Assembly: GCA_964439415.1 (NCBI GenBank)
Contig: CAYTOJ010000002.1
Location: 1-36,061, forward strand
Length of the DNA stretch: 36,061 nucleotides
Source of the DNA: an uncultured Rickettsiales bacterium
Lineage (GTDB): Bacteria > Pseudomonadota > Alphaproteobacteria > Rickettsiales > CAZAGG01
Direction: 5' to 3'
Below are positions 26,677 to 34,951 of this stretch, in pieces. The position numbers and the translations under genes are program-made. The notes beneath the pieces were generated by a model. The model ran no database searches and was not told the origin of the DNA. It worked only from the letters and a program-made list of their open reading frames with translations. Every line of letters begins with the position of its first letter. Position 1 is the first letter of the stretch.

Positions 26677-26723
26677 AAAATTATCAATTGTGCTTGATAG
26701 CCTGTAGCTGCTAGAAGCAGTGC

Positions 26724-27869
26724 ATGATTTCCATATTCAAGACATTACCCGGTTTCACAGCAATTGCCTTTATACTGCTCGCGCTTGCCCCGTCTACGCA
26801 GGCTATGGATACAGCGGCGCGGGAAGCGGTGATAATGGATTATGCATCCGGCGATATTCTCCTGGATAAAAATTCACTTGAGAAAATGCCGCCTTCCTCA
26901 ATGAGCAAACTGATGACGCTTTATGTTATGTTTGATCGTTTAAAGCGGGGCAAACTGAAGCTTGAGGATAAATTCCATGTCAGTGAAAAAGCCTGGAAAA
27001 TGGAAGGCTCCAGAATGTACCTCCAGGTAGATACCGATGTTAAGGTTGAGGATATTATACGCGGGATCATAGTGCAGTCCGGCAACGATGCCTGCGTAAC
27101 CGCCGCCGAAGGAATAGCAGGCACTGAAGAAGAATTTGTAAAGCTGATGAATGAAATGGCGGGTGACATAGGGCTCAAAGCCAGCCATTTCATGAACTCA
27201 ACTGGATTGCCGGATGATAATCACTACATGACCGCCGCTGACATTGCCACACTCTCCAAACGGCTGATTGATGATTTCCCGGAGTACTATCCATACTTTT
27301 CTGAAGTCAGTTTCACCTACAACGGTATTACCCAGCCAAACCGGAATCTGCTCCTTAATAAGGATATCGGCGTGGATGGCCTTAAAACCGGGCATACATC
27401 AGTAGCAGGATACGGCGTTGCCGTATCCGGAGTGAAAAACAACATGCGGCTGATTGTGGTAGTAAACGGCCTGTCCAGCATGGCAGAGCGTGCGCTTGAA
27501 GCGGAGCGGCTACTGCATTATGGCTTTTCCCAGTTTGAGCGGGTGGAAACCCTGGCCGCCAACCAGATAGCCACTAAAATTCCTGTCCATATGGGGGCTG
27601 AAAGCAGCGTTCCTGCCATAGTAGCTAAGAGCCTGACTGTCACTGTACCAAAATCATCATCCGCAATGACAGTAAAAGCCATATATGACGCGCCTGTAAA
27701 AGCCCCGGTAAAGCAGGGTGATGTTATTGGAAAGGCCGTGGTATTAAGTGGTGACAGGCAATGGTCACAAAATTTGATAGCGGCAGAGGATGTTGAGAGA
27801 AAAAGTGGAATCAGTTGGTTCCTTGCCAATATCAGCGATAATTTTAATCACATTTTCAGCCGTGATTAA
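26724..27869 (+). CDS. D-alanyl-D-alanine carboxypeptidase (PBP5/6-type, peptidase S11)
   Basis: 381 aa with a signal peptide. SxxK is SMSKLMT, SxN is QSGND, and KTG is LKTGHT. Confidence 0.9.
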   Translation: MISIFKTLPGFTAIAFILLALAPSTQAMDTAAREAVIMDYASGDILLDKNSLEKMPPSSMSKLMTLYVMFDRLKRGKLKLEDKFHVSEKAWKMEGSRMYLQVDTDVKVEDIIRGIIVQSGNDACVTAAEGIAGTEEEFVKLMNEMAGDIGLKASHFMNSTGLPDDNHYMTAADIATLSKRLIDDFPEYYPYFSEVSFTYNGITQPNRNLLLNKDIGVDGLKTGHTSVAGYGVAVSGVKNNMRLIVVVNGLSSMAERALEAERLLHYGFSQFERVETLAANQIATKIPVHMGAESSVPAIVAKSLTVTVPKSSSAMTVKAIYDAPVKAPVKQGDVIGKAVVLSGDRQWSQNLIAAEDVERKSGISWFLANISDNFNHIFSRD

Positions 27870-27875
27870 TAATTA

Positions 27876-28487
27876 ATGGCATTTATTACATTTGAGGGGA
27901 TTGAGGGTTCAGGCAAAAGCACTCAGTGCAGATTGCTGGCTGAGAAGCTGAAAACTAATGGCCATGAAGTTCTGCTTACACGCGAACCGGGTGGAACTAT
28001 CACCGCTGATAACATCCGCTCGCTGCTGCTGAATCCTGACATTCAGTTATTGCCGGAGAGTGAATTGCTGCTTTTCCTCGCCGCCCGCTTTGATCATGTA
28101 GAACGGGTAATCAAACCGACGCTACAGAGCGGCAAAACGGTTATATGCGATAGATTCACCGATTCCACTATTGCCTACCAGGCCTATGGCCGGAGTTTAG
28201 ATATAAACCTGATTCATGATATATCAGGGCGTTTGTTTGATAAGTGCAAGCCCGATATAACAGTGCTGCTGGATATGGACGCAGAGCAGGCGCTAGCTAG
28301 AATCAAGCGGCGCGATGCAAAGCAGGATCGCATAGAACAGATGCCGCTGCAATTTCATACCCGGGTTAGGGAAGGTTTCCTAACGCTTGCGGGGCTAGAA
28401 CCAGAGCGATTCATAACAATAAACGCCTGCAATAATGAACAACGAACAGCCCAGGAAATAATTGAAAAGATTCAGCCTTTGCTGTAA
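27876..28487 (+). CDS. tmk: dTMP (thymidylate) kinase
   Basis: 203 aa with the P-loop FITFEGIEGSGKSTQ, LTREPGGT, and the DRF motif (ICDRFTDST). Confidence 0.93.
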   Translation: MAFITFEGIEGSGKSTQCRLLAEKLKTNGHEVLLTREPGGTITADNIRSLLLNPDIQLLPESELLLFLAARFDHVERVIKPTLQSGKTVICDRFTDSTIAYQAYGRSLDINLIHDISGRLFDKCKPDITVLLDMDAEQALARIKRRDAKQDRIEQMPLQFHTRVREGFLTLAGLEPERFITINACNNEQRTAQEIIEKIQPLL

Positions 28488-28496
28488 GTATACCTG

Positions 28497-29111
28497 ATGC
28501 AATCACTGCCACATCAATCGCTGTTCCTAAGGCTCACACGTTATACCCGTTTTGTGATATACACAAAATACGGGCTATTGCTGCTTTTTTTCATCATAAT
28601 AGGCTATATAGCCATACGCGCTAACTATGCCGGAAGCGGCCATAAATTCAATCTGGTATTCTCCGGGGTCAGTGCTGGTGCGCCGGGCGAAGTGCCCCGC
28701 ATGAATAACCCGCGCCTGCAGGGTATTGATGATTCTGGCCGCGCGTATAATATCACCAGCGAATACGCCCAACAGGTAAAGTCCGACCTGGTGCGCATGA
28801 AAAAGGTGCAGGGGGATCTCACCATGAAGGATGGATCATGGGTATCATTAATTTCTGAATGGGCTGACCTGAATCCGCAGACCAAATTACTTATCCTTGG
28901 TGGCAAGGCCAACTTGTATCACGATAAAGGCTACGAATTCCATGCAACCCAGGTGAATATTGATTTAAACACCAATACAGCATCCAGTATTGAAGCGGTT
29001 GAAGGGCAAGGCCCCATAGGGCGCATCACAGCTAACAGTTTCACCCTTGATGCTGTAAGCTCAAAAATCAGATTCAAAGGCAACGTCAAGCTCACGGTAA
29101 ATCAGTTATGA
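28497..29111 (+). CDS. lptC: LPS export system protein LptC-like
   Basis: 204 aa. It has an N-terminal TM anchor (LLLLFFIIIGYIAI), then MNNPRLQGIDDSGRAYNITSEYAQQ...GDLTMKDGSWVSLISEWADLN...GGKANLYHDKGYEFHATQVNIDL. This is the typical alphaproteobacterial LptC pattern, and the gene overlaps lptA by 4 nt. Confidence 0.7.
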   Translation: MQSLPHQSLFLRLTRYTRFVIYTKYGLLLLFFIIIGYIAIRANYAGSGHKFNLVFSGVSAGAPGEVPRMNNPRLQGIDDSGRAYNITSEYAQQVKSDLVRMKKVQGDLTMKDGSWVSLISEWADLNPQTKLLILGGKANLYHDKGYEFHATQVNIDLNTNTASSIEAVEGQGPIGRITANSFTLDAVSSKIRFKGNVKLTVNQL

Positions 29112-29671
29112 AGTTCAGGATGCTTTTTATTATATCATCCACAGTCCAGCTGTTTGGTGTGGCTGGGTTTAATAGTGCGCAGGCTGTGACAGACTCTCCA
29201 TTCGGCAACGATTCCGACAAACCAATCAACATAACCGCTGATTCCCTGGAGGTGGACGATAAATCCAAACTCGCGGTGTTCCGTGGCAATGTTAATGCCG
29301 TTCAGGGCACGGTGGACTTAAAAGCTGATGTTATGAAAGTCTACTACAGCCCTGATGCTTCCAATTCCGGCAAGGAAGGGGAGAGTGCGCAGAAAATATC
29401 TAAAATCATTACCGAAGGGAATGTGAAAATAATTTCCGAAGGCCAGTCCGCCAGCAGTAAATTCGGTAATTACGATGTCACAAAATCCCTGATTACCATG
29501 ACTGGCGATGTTGTGCTGAGGAAAGATCAGAATGTACTTAACGGCCAGAAATTTGAGTACGACCTGCAAACCGGTAAAAGCCGCCTTATCAGCCCAGCAC
29601 CATCCAGCACTGCGGGCGCGCAGCAGAACGAGAAAGGGCGCGTAAAAGCGCTGTTTATCCCGGAGAAATAA
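29108..29671 (+). CDS. lptA: LPS export periplasmic protein LptA (OstA-like)
   Basis: 187 aa with a signal peptide. It contains INITADSLEVDDKSKLAVFRGNVNAVQGTVDLKADVMKVYY...ITMTGDVVLRKDQNVLNGQKFEYDLQTGKSRL. Confidence 0.8.
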   Translation: MKFRMLFIISSTVQLFGVAGFNSAQAVTDSPFGNDSDKPINITADSLEVDDKSKLAVFRGNVNAVQGTVDLKADVMKVYYSPDASNSGKEGESAQKISKIITEGNVKIISEGQSASSKFGNYDVTKSLITMTGDVVLRKDQNVLNGQKFEYDLQTGKSRLISPAPSSTAGAQQNEKGRVKALFIPEK

Positions 29672-29675
29672 ACCC

Positions 29676-29734
29676 TTAGCGCAGCCAGCGACAAGCAAAT
29701 TTGCCAGCGCAGTAGAGTTTGGAGAGAAAAGTCT
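29676..29734. repeat. Family-2 element, right-half fragment
   Basis: ttagcgcagccagcgacaagcaaatttgccagcgcagtagagtttggagagaaaagtct closely matches 16805-16854 and 26620-26660. It starts 5 nt after the lptA stop. Confidence 0.85.
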
Positions 29735-29855
29735 CTTTTAGTGGCTCTTGATTATCAGGCCTACGCCTTCCTATCGCTTATCTATGCGCTCTCCTCTAGG
29801 TTTTCCTGACCTGCACGGAATTATCCTCAGGTAAAACAATTATCAGGAGAATGTT

Positions 29856-30038
29856 ATGAATAACTCTCAGCAGAATACCACTCAGAAAAATCAGAATGAT
29901 CAGGCTTCCAACCAATCCGGCAAAAATAATAATATGCAGGATAAAAATCAGGAGCAGGATCCAAGCAAAAAGCAGAATGAATCATACGGGGCACAAGGCC
30001 GCAGCAACCGTGAGGAAAGCAAAAGCTCACGCAACTAG
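29856..30038 (+). CDS. Small Gln/Asn/Lys-rich hydrophilic protein (60 aa, predicted disordered; function unknown)
   Basis: AGGAG (29845-29849) lies 6 nt before the ATG. The ORF is followed by a strong intrinsic terminator. The composition is MNNSQQNTTQKNQNDQASNQSGKNNNMQDKNQEQDPSKKQNESYGAQGRSNREESKSSRN. Coding status is not proven. Confidence 0.5.
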   Translation: MNNSQQNTTQKNQNDQASNQSGKNNNMQDKNQEQDPSKKQNESYGAQGRSNREESKSSRN

Positions 30039-30082
30039 TGAATCAGATACTGATTTTTCTTCAGATACTGATTTTTCTACAG

Positions 30083-30111
30083 AAAAAACCGGGCATAACG
30101 CCCGGTTTTTT
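30083..30111 (+). terminator. Rho-independent (bidirectional-type) terminator
   Basis: The sequence is aaaaaa-ccgggc-ataac-gcccgg-tttttt. The stem is 30089-30094 / 30100-30105, the T-run is 30106-30111, and an A-run lies upstream. Confidence 0.85.
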
Positions 30112-30297
30112 AATATATACCGCTATCGTTTGAAGTGCCTCAATTTTCTCTTTCACTCCGGCGGTATATCTTTTGTTTGTGGCAAATCTTACAAAATAAA
30201 AACCCCGTAAAATTCATAAAGTTCCAACAGCACTGACAACAGCTTCGGCGCGAATAATATATCTTGAATAACGCACTTCTGTTTGTATGCTTTTCGT

Positions 30298-30717
30298 ATG
30301 AAGGCATTGACTAGGAACAGTCTTATATCTCTGGCAACGGCAGCAGCCTTCCTTCTGCATGTTCTATTACCCTTCTTTGCCGTTTATCAGTTGTCTGTTT
30401 CAAGCTCCAGGGTGATTCCTCCCCTTTTTGGTGAAAAGGTAATTCTCTGCAGCAGTGAGGGATTCAAACTGGTAAACTGGAGTGACCTGCGGGATGATAA
30501 AAAACTCCCCAGCCCACATAAACAATACCAATGCGCATTATGTTATGTGTCTGCACATGTGCAGGGTATTTACTCCACTAAAGCAGAACTTGTTTCCACT
30601 TCACAAATTTCAAATTATTATAAACTTCCATTCCTATTACACCAGAATTCTGCTTCACGCGAATTAACCTGGCTGGCATTTCTTACCCGCTCACCACCAT
30701 TATCCTCCGCCGTTTAA
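30298..30717 (+). CDS. DUF2946-family membrane protein (CxxC)
   Basis: The track ORF starts at TTG 30283, and the likely ATG is 30298 (MKALTRNSLISLATAAAFLLHVLLP). ILCSSEGFKLV, YQCALCYVSAH and a C-terminal TRSPPL match my recollection of the DUF2946 pattern (EICS..G.K.V / HC..C..HA / R.PP). Confidence 0.6.
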   Translation: MKALTRNSLISLATAAAFLLHVLLPFFAVYQLSVSSSRVIPPLFGEKVILCSSEGFKLVNWSDLRDDKKLPSPHKQYQCALCYVSAHVQGIYSTKAELVSTSQISNYYKLPFLLHQNSASRELTWLAFLTRSPPLSSAV

Positions 30718-30718
30718 C

Positions 30719-30857
30719 TATACCTATCGCACTTCAAGAGTGCGGTAGGTATATTTTTTTATGTTTTGCGCATGGCCGCCAAGCCAGCCCCATGCGCGTC
30801 TATACTGCTCGCGTTATAAATGCAAAGAATCTGCACTCTTCATACGCGAGCAGTATA
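30719..30857 (-). repeat. Tripartite palindromic element, copy 3 (inverted: C-B-A)
   Basis: Module C is tatacctatcgcacttcaagagtgcggtaggtatat (30719-30754). Module B is ttttgcgcatggccgccaagccagccccatgcgcg (30764-30798). Module A is tatactgctcgcg...cgcgagcagtata (30801-30857). Confidence 0.9.
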
Positions 30858-30890
30858 ATAAATTTAATCAAATTACGAAGGATAATACTT

Positions 30891-31916
30891 ATGCGAAAAT
30901 TTTTATGCGCAGGCATTAGTGTGCTTGCAATTACTTATGCCGAAACAACTACTGCCAATATACCACTTATTCGTCCGGCAGACCATGCGCCGATTGGCGT
31001 AATGGGAGATCATCTCCATAAAAAAGGCGAATGGATGGTTGGATACCGCTATGCCCAATCTTCCACTTCCGGATACCGCAGTGCCTCGCGCAGTCTGAGC
31101 AATGCCGATGTTATGCATCAGTATGGCGAAGCAGCAACTGAAATGGACATGGGAATGCACATGTTTGAAGTAATGTACGGCATTACCGATAACTTTAACA
31201 TTATGATCATGCCGCAGTATATGCAGATGGAAATGCTGCATAAATCATCCCATGGGCATGGCCATTCCCATGAGCACAGCATAGAAGGCTTCGGCGATAC
31301 CGATGTCGTAGGATTATACTCTATATTCCGCCGTAAGAATGGCGAATATAATCACAAAGCCCATATCAACTTCGGTATCAGCCTTCCAACAGGCGCTATT
31401 GATAAGACTTTTACCGACCATCATCACAATGTTTATAATTTGCCATACAGTATGCAGTTTGGCAGCGGTACTTATGATCCTGTTATAGGGCTTACTTATA
31501 CAGGTAAATCAACTGACTGGTCATGGGGTGCGCAAACGCTGAATTATATTCGGCTTGGCAAGAACAATAACGGTTACAGGCAAGGCAATAAATATACCGC
31601 TAATACCTGGGTTGCAAAAAACATTGGCAAGTCGGTCAGTGCATCACTCCGGCTGGAGGGGGAGGCCTGGAATAATGTTTCGGGACTGGATAAATCCCTG
31701 CCCCGCACTGCAATAGCCGGGGCAGATCCTGATGAAGTGGCCGGGCGGCGCATACGTGCTCACGCCGGGCTTAACCTTCTTGGCGGAGAATCGCATGGCC
31801 TGCTAAGCAAACATCGGCTTGCCGTGGAAGTTGGCGCGCCCATATATCAGCATTACTCAGGGGCGCAGCCTGATGAGAAATACCGCTTTACTGTAGGCTG
31901 GCAGTTTGCTTTCTAA
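30891..31916 (+). CDS. Outer-membrane beta-barrel of the 'transporter' / MetA-pathway (Phenol_MetA_deg-like) family with a Met/His-rich segment
   Basis: The track ORF starts at 30792 inside the repeat. The likely start is ATG 30891 (AAGGA RBS), giving the signal peptide MRKFLCAGISVLAITYA. It contains HAPIGVMGDHLHKKGEWMVGYRY, EMDMGMHMFEVMYG, MPQYMQMEMLHKSSHGHGHSHEHS, GFGDTDV and MQFGSGTYDPVIGLTY, and the C-terminus is WQFAF. Confidence 0.65.
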   Translation: MRKFLCAGISVLAITYAETTTANIPLIRPADHAPIGVMGDHLHKKGEWMVGYRYAQSSTSGYRSASRSLSNADVMHQYGEAATEMDMGMHMFEVMYGITDNFNIMIMPQYMQMEMLHKSSHGHGHSHEHSIEGFGDTDVVGLYSIFRRKNGEYNHKAHINFGISLPTGAIDKTFTDHHHNVYNLPYSMQFGSGTYDPVIGLTYTGKSTDWSWGAQTLNYIRLGKNNNGYRQGNKYTANTWVAKNIGKSVSASLRLEGEAWNNVSGLDKSLPRTAIAGADPDEVAGRRIRAHAGLNLLGGESHGLLSKHRLAVEVGAPIYQHYSGAQPDEKYRFTVGWQFAF

Positions 31917-31973
31917 GCAACATATTGCATGTGGCGGGTGGATAATTCACACGCCACATTATGCACTTCAAAA

Positions 31974-32112
31974 TATACTGCTCGCGTCTCTGATGTGTGT
32001 TTTTTTGAGGTTAGTTTGCGAGCAGTATAGACTCGCATGGGGCTGGTGGGGAGGCCATGCGCAAAAAAATAAGATATATACTTATCGCACTCTTGAAGTG
32101 CGATAAGTATAT
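31974..32112 (+). repeat. Tripartite palindromic element, copy 4 (A-B-C)
   Basis: Module A is tatactgctcgcg...tgcgagcagtata (31974-32028). Module B is ctcgcatggggctggtggggaggccatgcgcaaaaa (32031-32067). Module C is atatatacttatcgcactcttgaagtgcgataagtatat (32074-32112). Confidence 0.9.
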
Positions 32113-32209
32113 TGAGATTTCAGCGAATAAAACCATACTTCCTTTTGATTTGCTATTTGGGGCGCTAAACCTTATAAACCGCACTTTAATAAAACTGTAA
32201 TGGCATTGG

Positions 32210-32410
32210 TATATTGCTCGCGTATCTGATGTGCGGACTTAAGTGCAGTTAATCCGCGAGCAGTATACGTGCGCATGGGGCTGGATTGCCTGTCGTTTGA
32301 GGCTATGCCTACCGAAGCTTTAGCGTAGGTAGGTTTTAGCGAAGGATGAGCGGCCATGCGCAAACATATAAACAAGATACCTAAAACACACTTAAGTGTT
32401 TTGGGTATAT
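32210..32410 (+). repeat. Tripartite palindromic element, copy 5 (A-B-C, with a ~60-bp insertion splitting module B)
   Basis: Module A is tatattgctcgcg...cgcgagcagtata (32210-32266). Module B-left is gcgcatggggctggattgcc (32270-32290). The insert carries a hairpin, cctaccgaagctttagcgtaggtagg. Module B-right is gcggccatgcgcaaac (32351-32366). Module C is gatacctaaaacacacttaagtgttttgggtatat (32376-32410). Confidence 0.85.
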
Positions 32411-32427
32411 ATGCGAATCCTGGAACT

Positions 32428-34176
32428 ATGGAAGAGCAGAACTACATTGATGGTTTGAGTGGCCGCCTTATCCTGCGTAAAATCAGGAAAAGGAATATGC
32501 GGCTTTATGTTGTGACTGGCGCTATCATGCTGTCAGGCTTCACCGCGGTTGCGCTCAAGCACGGCTGGAACTTTCCCGCAGAAAAACCCGCCTACGCCGG
32601 GCTGGAAAAGTGCGCCGGCACTTTAGTCACGCCGGAATGCCTTAAACTGGATGGTGTTCTGGGAAGGCCGGATCGTGATAATTACCAGATAGCCTTTAAA
32701 TCCGCCAGAAATGGCAATCCTATGGCCTTGGAAATGGCTCTTAAAAACCTCAGGGATAAAAAACTTGTAAGCTATGTTGAAGCACAGAGGCTGACTGATG
32801 GCATAGCGGCTGTTCGAGCCTCAGAGTTTTCTTTCTGGATGCTCACCCATACCAGCCACCCACTGCGCGGACAAGTTCGGATAGCCTTTGAAAAAAAATA
32901 TCCAACTGAGTTTAATGAATATTCCTATAATGAAAGTCTACGCAAAACCTCTGATTCCACTCCGGTAGCTTTGAGCCAGATGGATGGTGCAAGCACAGAT
33001 TTGAAGCTTCAGAATATAGTAAACCGGGAGTTTAATTTATTCCTCACCGGGGATAGTGGGGATAACGAAAAACCAGTTAATGCCAATGTGGCCAGAAGTG
33101 GTAAAACAAGGCAGTCCCATAGCTTCAAGAAAGGTTTAAACGCCTGGCAGAATGGTGATTTCAGTGAAGCGGGAATCCTGTTCAGGAATGTGGCCTTTGA
33201 GAGTGTGCCGGATGCTGAAAAGGCAGCAGCATCATTCTGGGCATACCGCGCCAGCATGATTAACAATGATTTTCAGCAGGCTGAACAGCATCTGCAAGAG
33301 GCAGCCGGGTATAAGTGGGGTTTTTACAGCCTCCTGGCAGCACAGGTTCAGGGCATGAAAAATTCATGGTACACCGCGCAGCAACTGGAGATGGAGCGCG
33401 CCAGGTTTGAGCGCTTCAAAAATAATCCAGCAATCATCACAGCCAAGGCACTGACAGAAATCGGGGAGAATAATCTGGCGCGGGAAGTGCTGGAGCGGGA
33501 AGTATCCACCCTGGATATGGAAAAGAAGCTTTTTGTTACTATCATAGCTGATTATTTAGGCTTACAGCCTGACAGCGTCCCGGGGCAGCGCGTGGAATTA
33601 AACAGCGTGGATGTTCTGAAAACAAAAGAATACCACATACCTAATCTGAAACCGGAGGGAGGTTTCAAGCTGGATAAAGCTCTGTTATACGCCATCATGA
33701 AAAACGAATCCGGCTTTATAAGCACGGCTATCAGCCCGCAGGGGGCATTGGGATTAATGCAGGTAATGCCGGAGACTGCCGGATATATAAGTAACTATGA
33801 TCCGCAGCAGGCGGCGCAGGCGCTAATGATCCCTGAGAAAAACATCAGCCTGGGGCAGAAATACCTGCAATACCTGATGAAGCAGCGCGATATTGGCCGC
33901 AATCTTTTTTATGTGCTAAGCGCATATAACGCAGGCCCCGGTAATTTTGGCAAATGGCGGGAAAATATTCAGGATGGTAATGATCCCCTGCTGTTCCTGG
34001 AACTTATTCCCGCCGATGAAACCAGGGAATATGTGCAGAACGTAGTAGCGGATTACTGGATATATAAAAGCCTGTTTAAGGAGGACCACGACTCTATCCT
34101 GGAAATTGCAAGCGGCAACTGGCCAATGTACCCTGCCCGCCCGGTCTCCCCCTTTGAAACCGCCAGAAAATCCTGA
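32428..34176 (+). CDS. Soluble lytic murein transglycosylase (Slt70-like, SLT domain)
   Basis: The track ORF starts at 32356 inside repeat copy 5. Likely starts are ATG 32428 or ATG 32497 (MRLYVVTGAIMLSGFTAVAL anchor/signal). The C-terminal SLT domain has AIMKNESGF, GLMQVMPETA and LSAYNAGPGN. Confidence 0.85.
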   Translation: MEEQNYIDGLSGRLILRKIRKRNMRLYVVTGAIMLSGFTAVALKHGWNFPAEKPAYAGLEKCAGTLVTPECLKLDGVLGRPDRDNYQIAFKSARNGNPMALEMALKNLRDKKLVSYVEAQRLTDGIAAVRASEFSFWMLTHTSHPLRGQVRIAFEKKYPTEFNEYSYNESLRKTSDSTPVALSQMDGASTDLKLQNIVNREFNLFLTGDSGDNEKPVNANVARSGKTRQSHSFKKGLNAWQNGDFSEAGILFRNVAFESVPDAEKAAASFWAYRASMINNDFQQAEQHLQEAAGYKWGFYSLLAAQVQGMKNSWYTAQQLEMERARFERFKNNPAIITAKALTEIGENNLAREVLEREVSTLDMEKKLFVTIIADYLGLQPDSVPGQRVELNSVDVLKTKEYHIPNLKPEGGFKLDKALLYAIMKNESGFISTAISPQGALGLMQVMPETAGYISNYDPQQAAQALMIPEKNISLGQKYLQYLMKQRDIGRNLFYVLSAYNAGPGNFGKWRENIQDGNDPLLFLELIPADETREYVQNVVADYWIYKSLFKEDHDSILEIASGNWPMYPARPVSPFETARKS

Positions 34177-34177
34177 C

Positions 34178-34822
34178 TTGTCTGCTTCAAAACAAAAGCC
34201 TGACTTGCATTTAGAGAACTCTATTACAGGAATTGTTGCAGGGATTGATGAGGTTGGCAGGGGGCCAATCGCCGGATCAGTAGTGGCCGCTGCGGTAATC
34301 ATCACCCCGGATTTTGACTGGAGTGGAATTGACGACTCCAAACGCCTGAGCCACGAGAGGCGGGAGGAATGGTTCCATAACATTACCAGCAAATGCCACT
34401 ATGGAATCGGCATTGTGGAGCGGGAGGGGATAGACCAACATAATATCCTCCAGGCTACTTTCATAGCTATGCGGCTGGCAGTAGATAATCTAGCCATAAA
34501 ACCTGATTTTGCGCTGGTGGATGGTAATCGCGCACCTGACTTAGGCATACCAGCTAGAGCAGTGGTGAAGGGAGATTCCATATCCGCCTCAATCGCCGCC
34601 GCTTCAATCATTGCCAAGGTCACCCGCGATAGAATCATGGAAAAGCTGCATGTGGATTACCCACATTATAACTGGCGGCAGAACAAAGGCTACCCCACGG
34701 CGGAACACTTGGAGGCTATAAAAACATATGGAATCACCCCCCATCACCGCCTTAGCTTCCGCCCGGTGCGCGAAGCCGCTATGGTTTTGAGTTGCAGCGG
34801 TGAGGTAATCACAAAAAACTGA
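34178..34822 (+). CDS. rnhB: Ribonuclease HII
   Basis: It contains GIDEVGRGPIAGSVVAAAV, DDSKRLS and LVDGN. The track ORF starts at 34106, overlapping the slt 3' end. The in-frame TTG at 34178 (2 nt after the slt stop) or TTG 34205 is more plausible. Confidence 0.88.
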   Translation: MSASKQKPDLHLENSITGIVAGIDEVGRGPIAGSVVAAAVIITPDFDWSGIDDSKRLSHERREEWFHNITSKCHYGIGIVEREGIDQHNILQATFIAMRLAVDNLAIKPDFALVDGNRAPDLGIPARAVVKGDSISASIAAASIIAKVTRDRIMEKLHVDYPHYNWRQNKGYPTAEHLEAIKTYGITPHHRLSFRPVREAAMVLSCSGEVITKN

Positions 34823-34951
34823 TGGCCGACTGATATACAGCCATTCCCCTTGCGCAGGCGGGACAGCCATCATCCGGATGTTCTTGCGTTTCCTTCATGT
34901 GTCCATTACACAACATTTCTTTTACTGTTTTGTGAAACACGGGGACGCTGT

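Noticed and set aside
29896-30210. A 104-aa ORF overlapping the small Gln/Asn-rich ORF.
   Set aside because: It reads straight through the 18-nt tandem hairpins and the intrinsic terminator at 30083-30111. It has no RBS and is out of frame with the better-supported 29856..30038 ORF.
7069-32410. The recurring ~140-bp repeats as a CRISPR array.
   Set aside because: The copies are kilobases apart, occur in both orientations, are composite and internally palindromic, lack regular spacers, and have no cas genes nearby.
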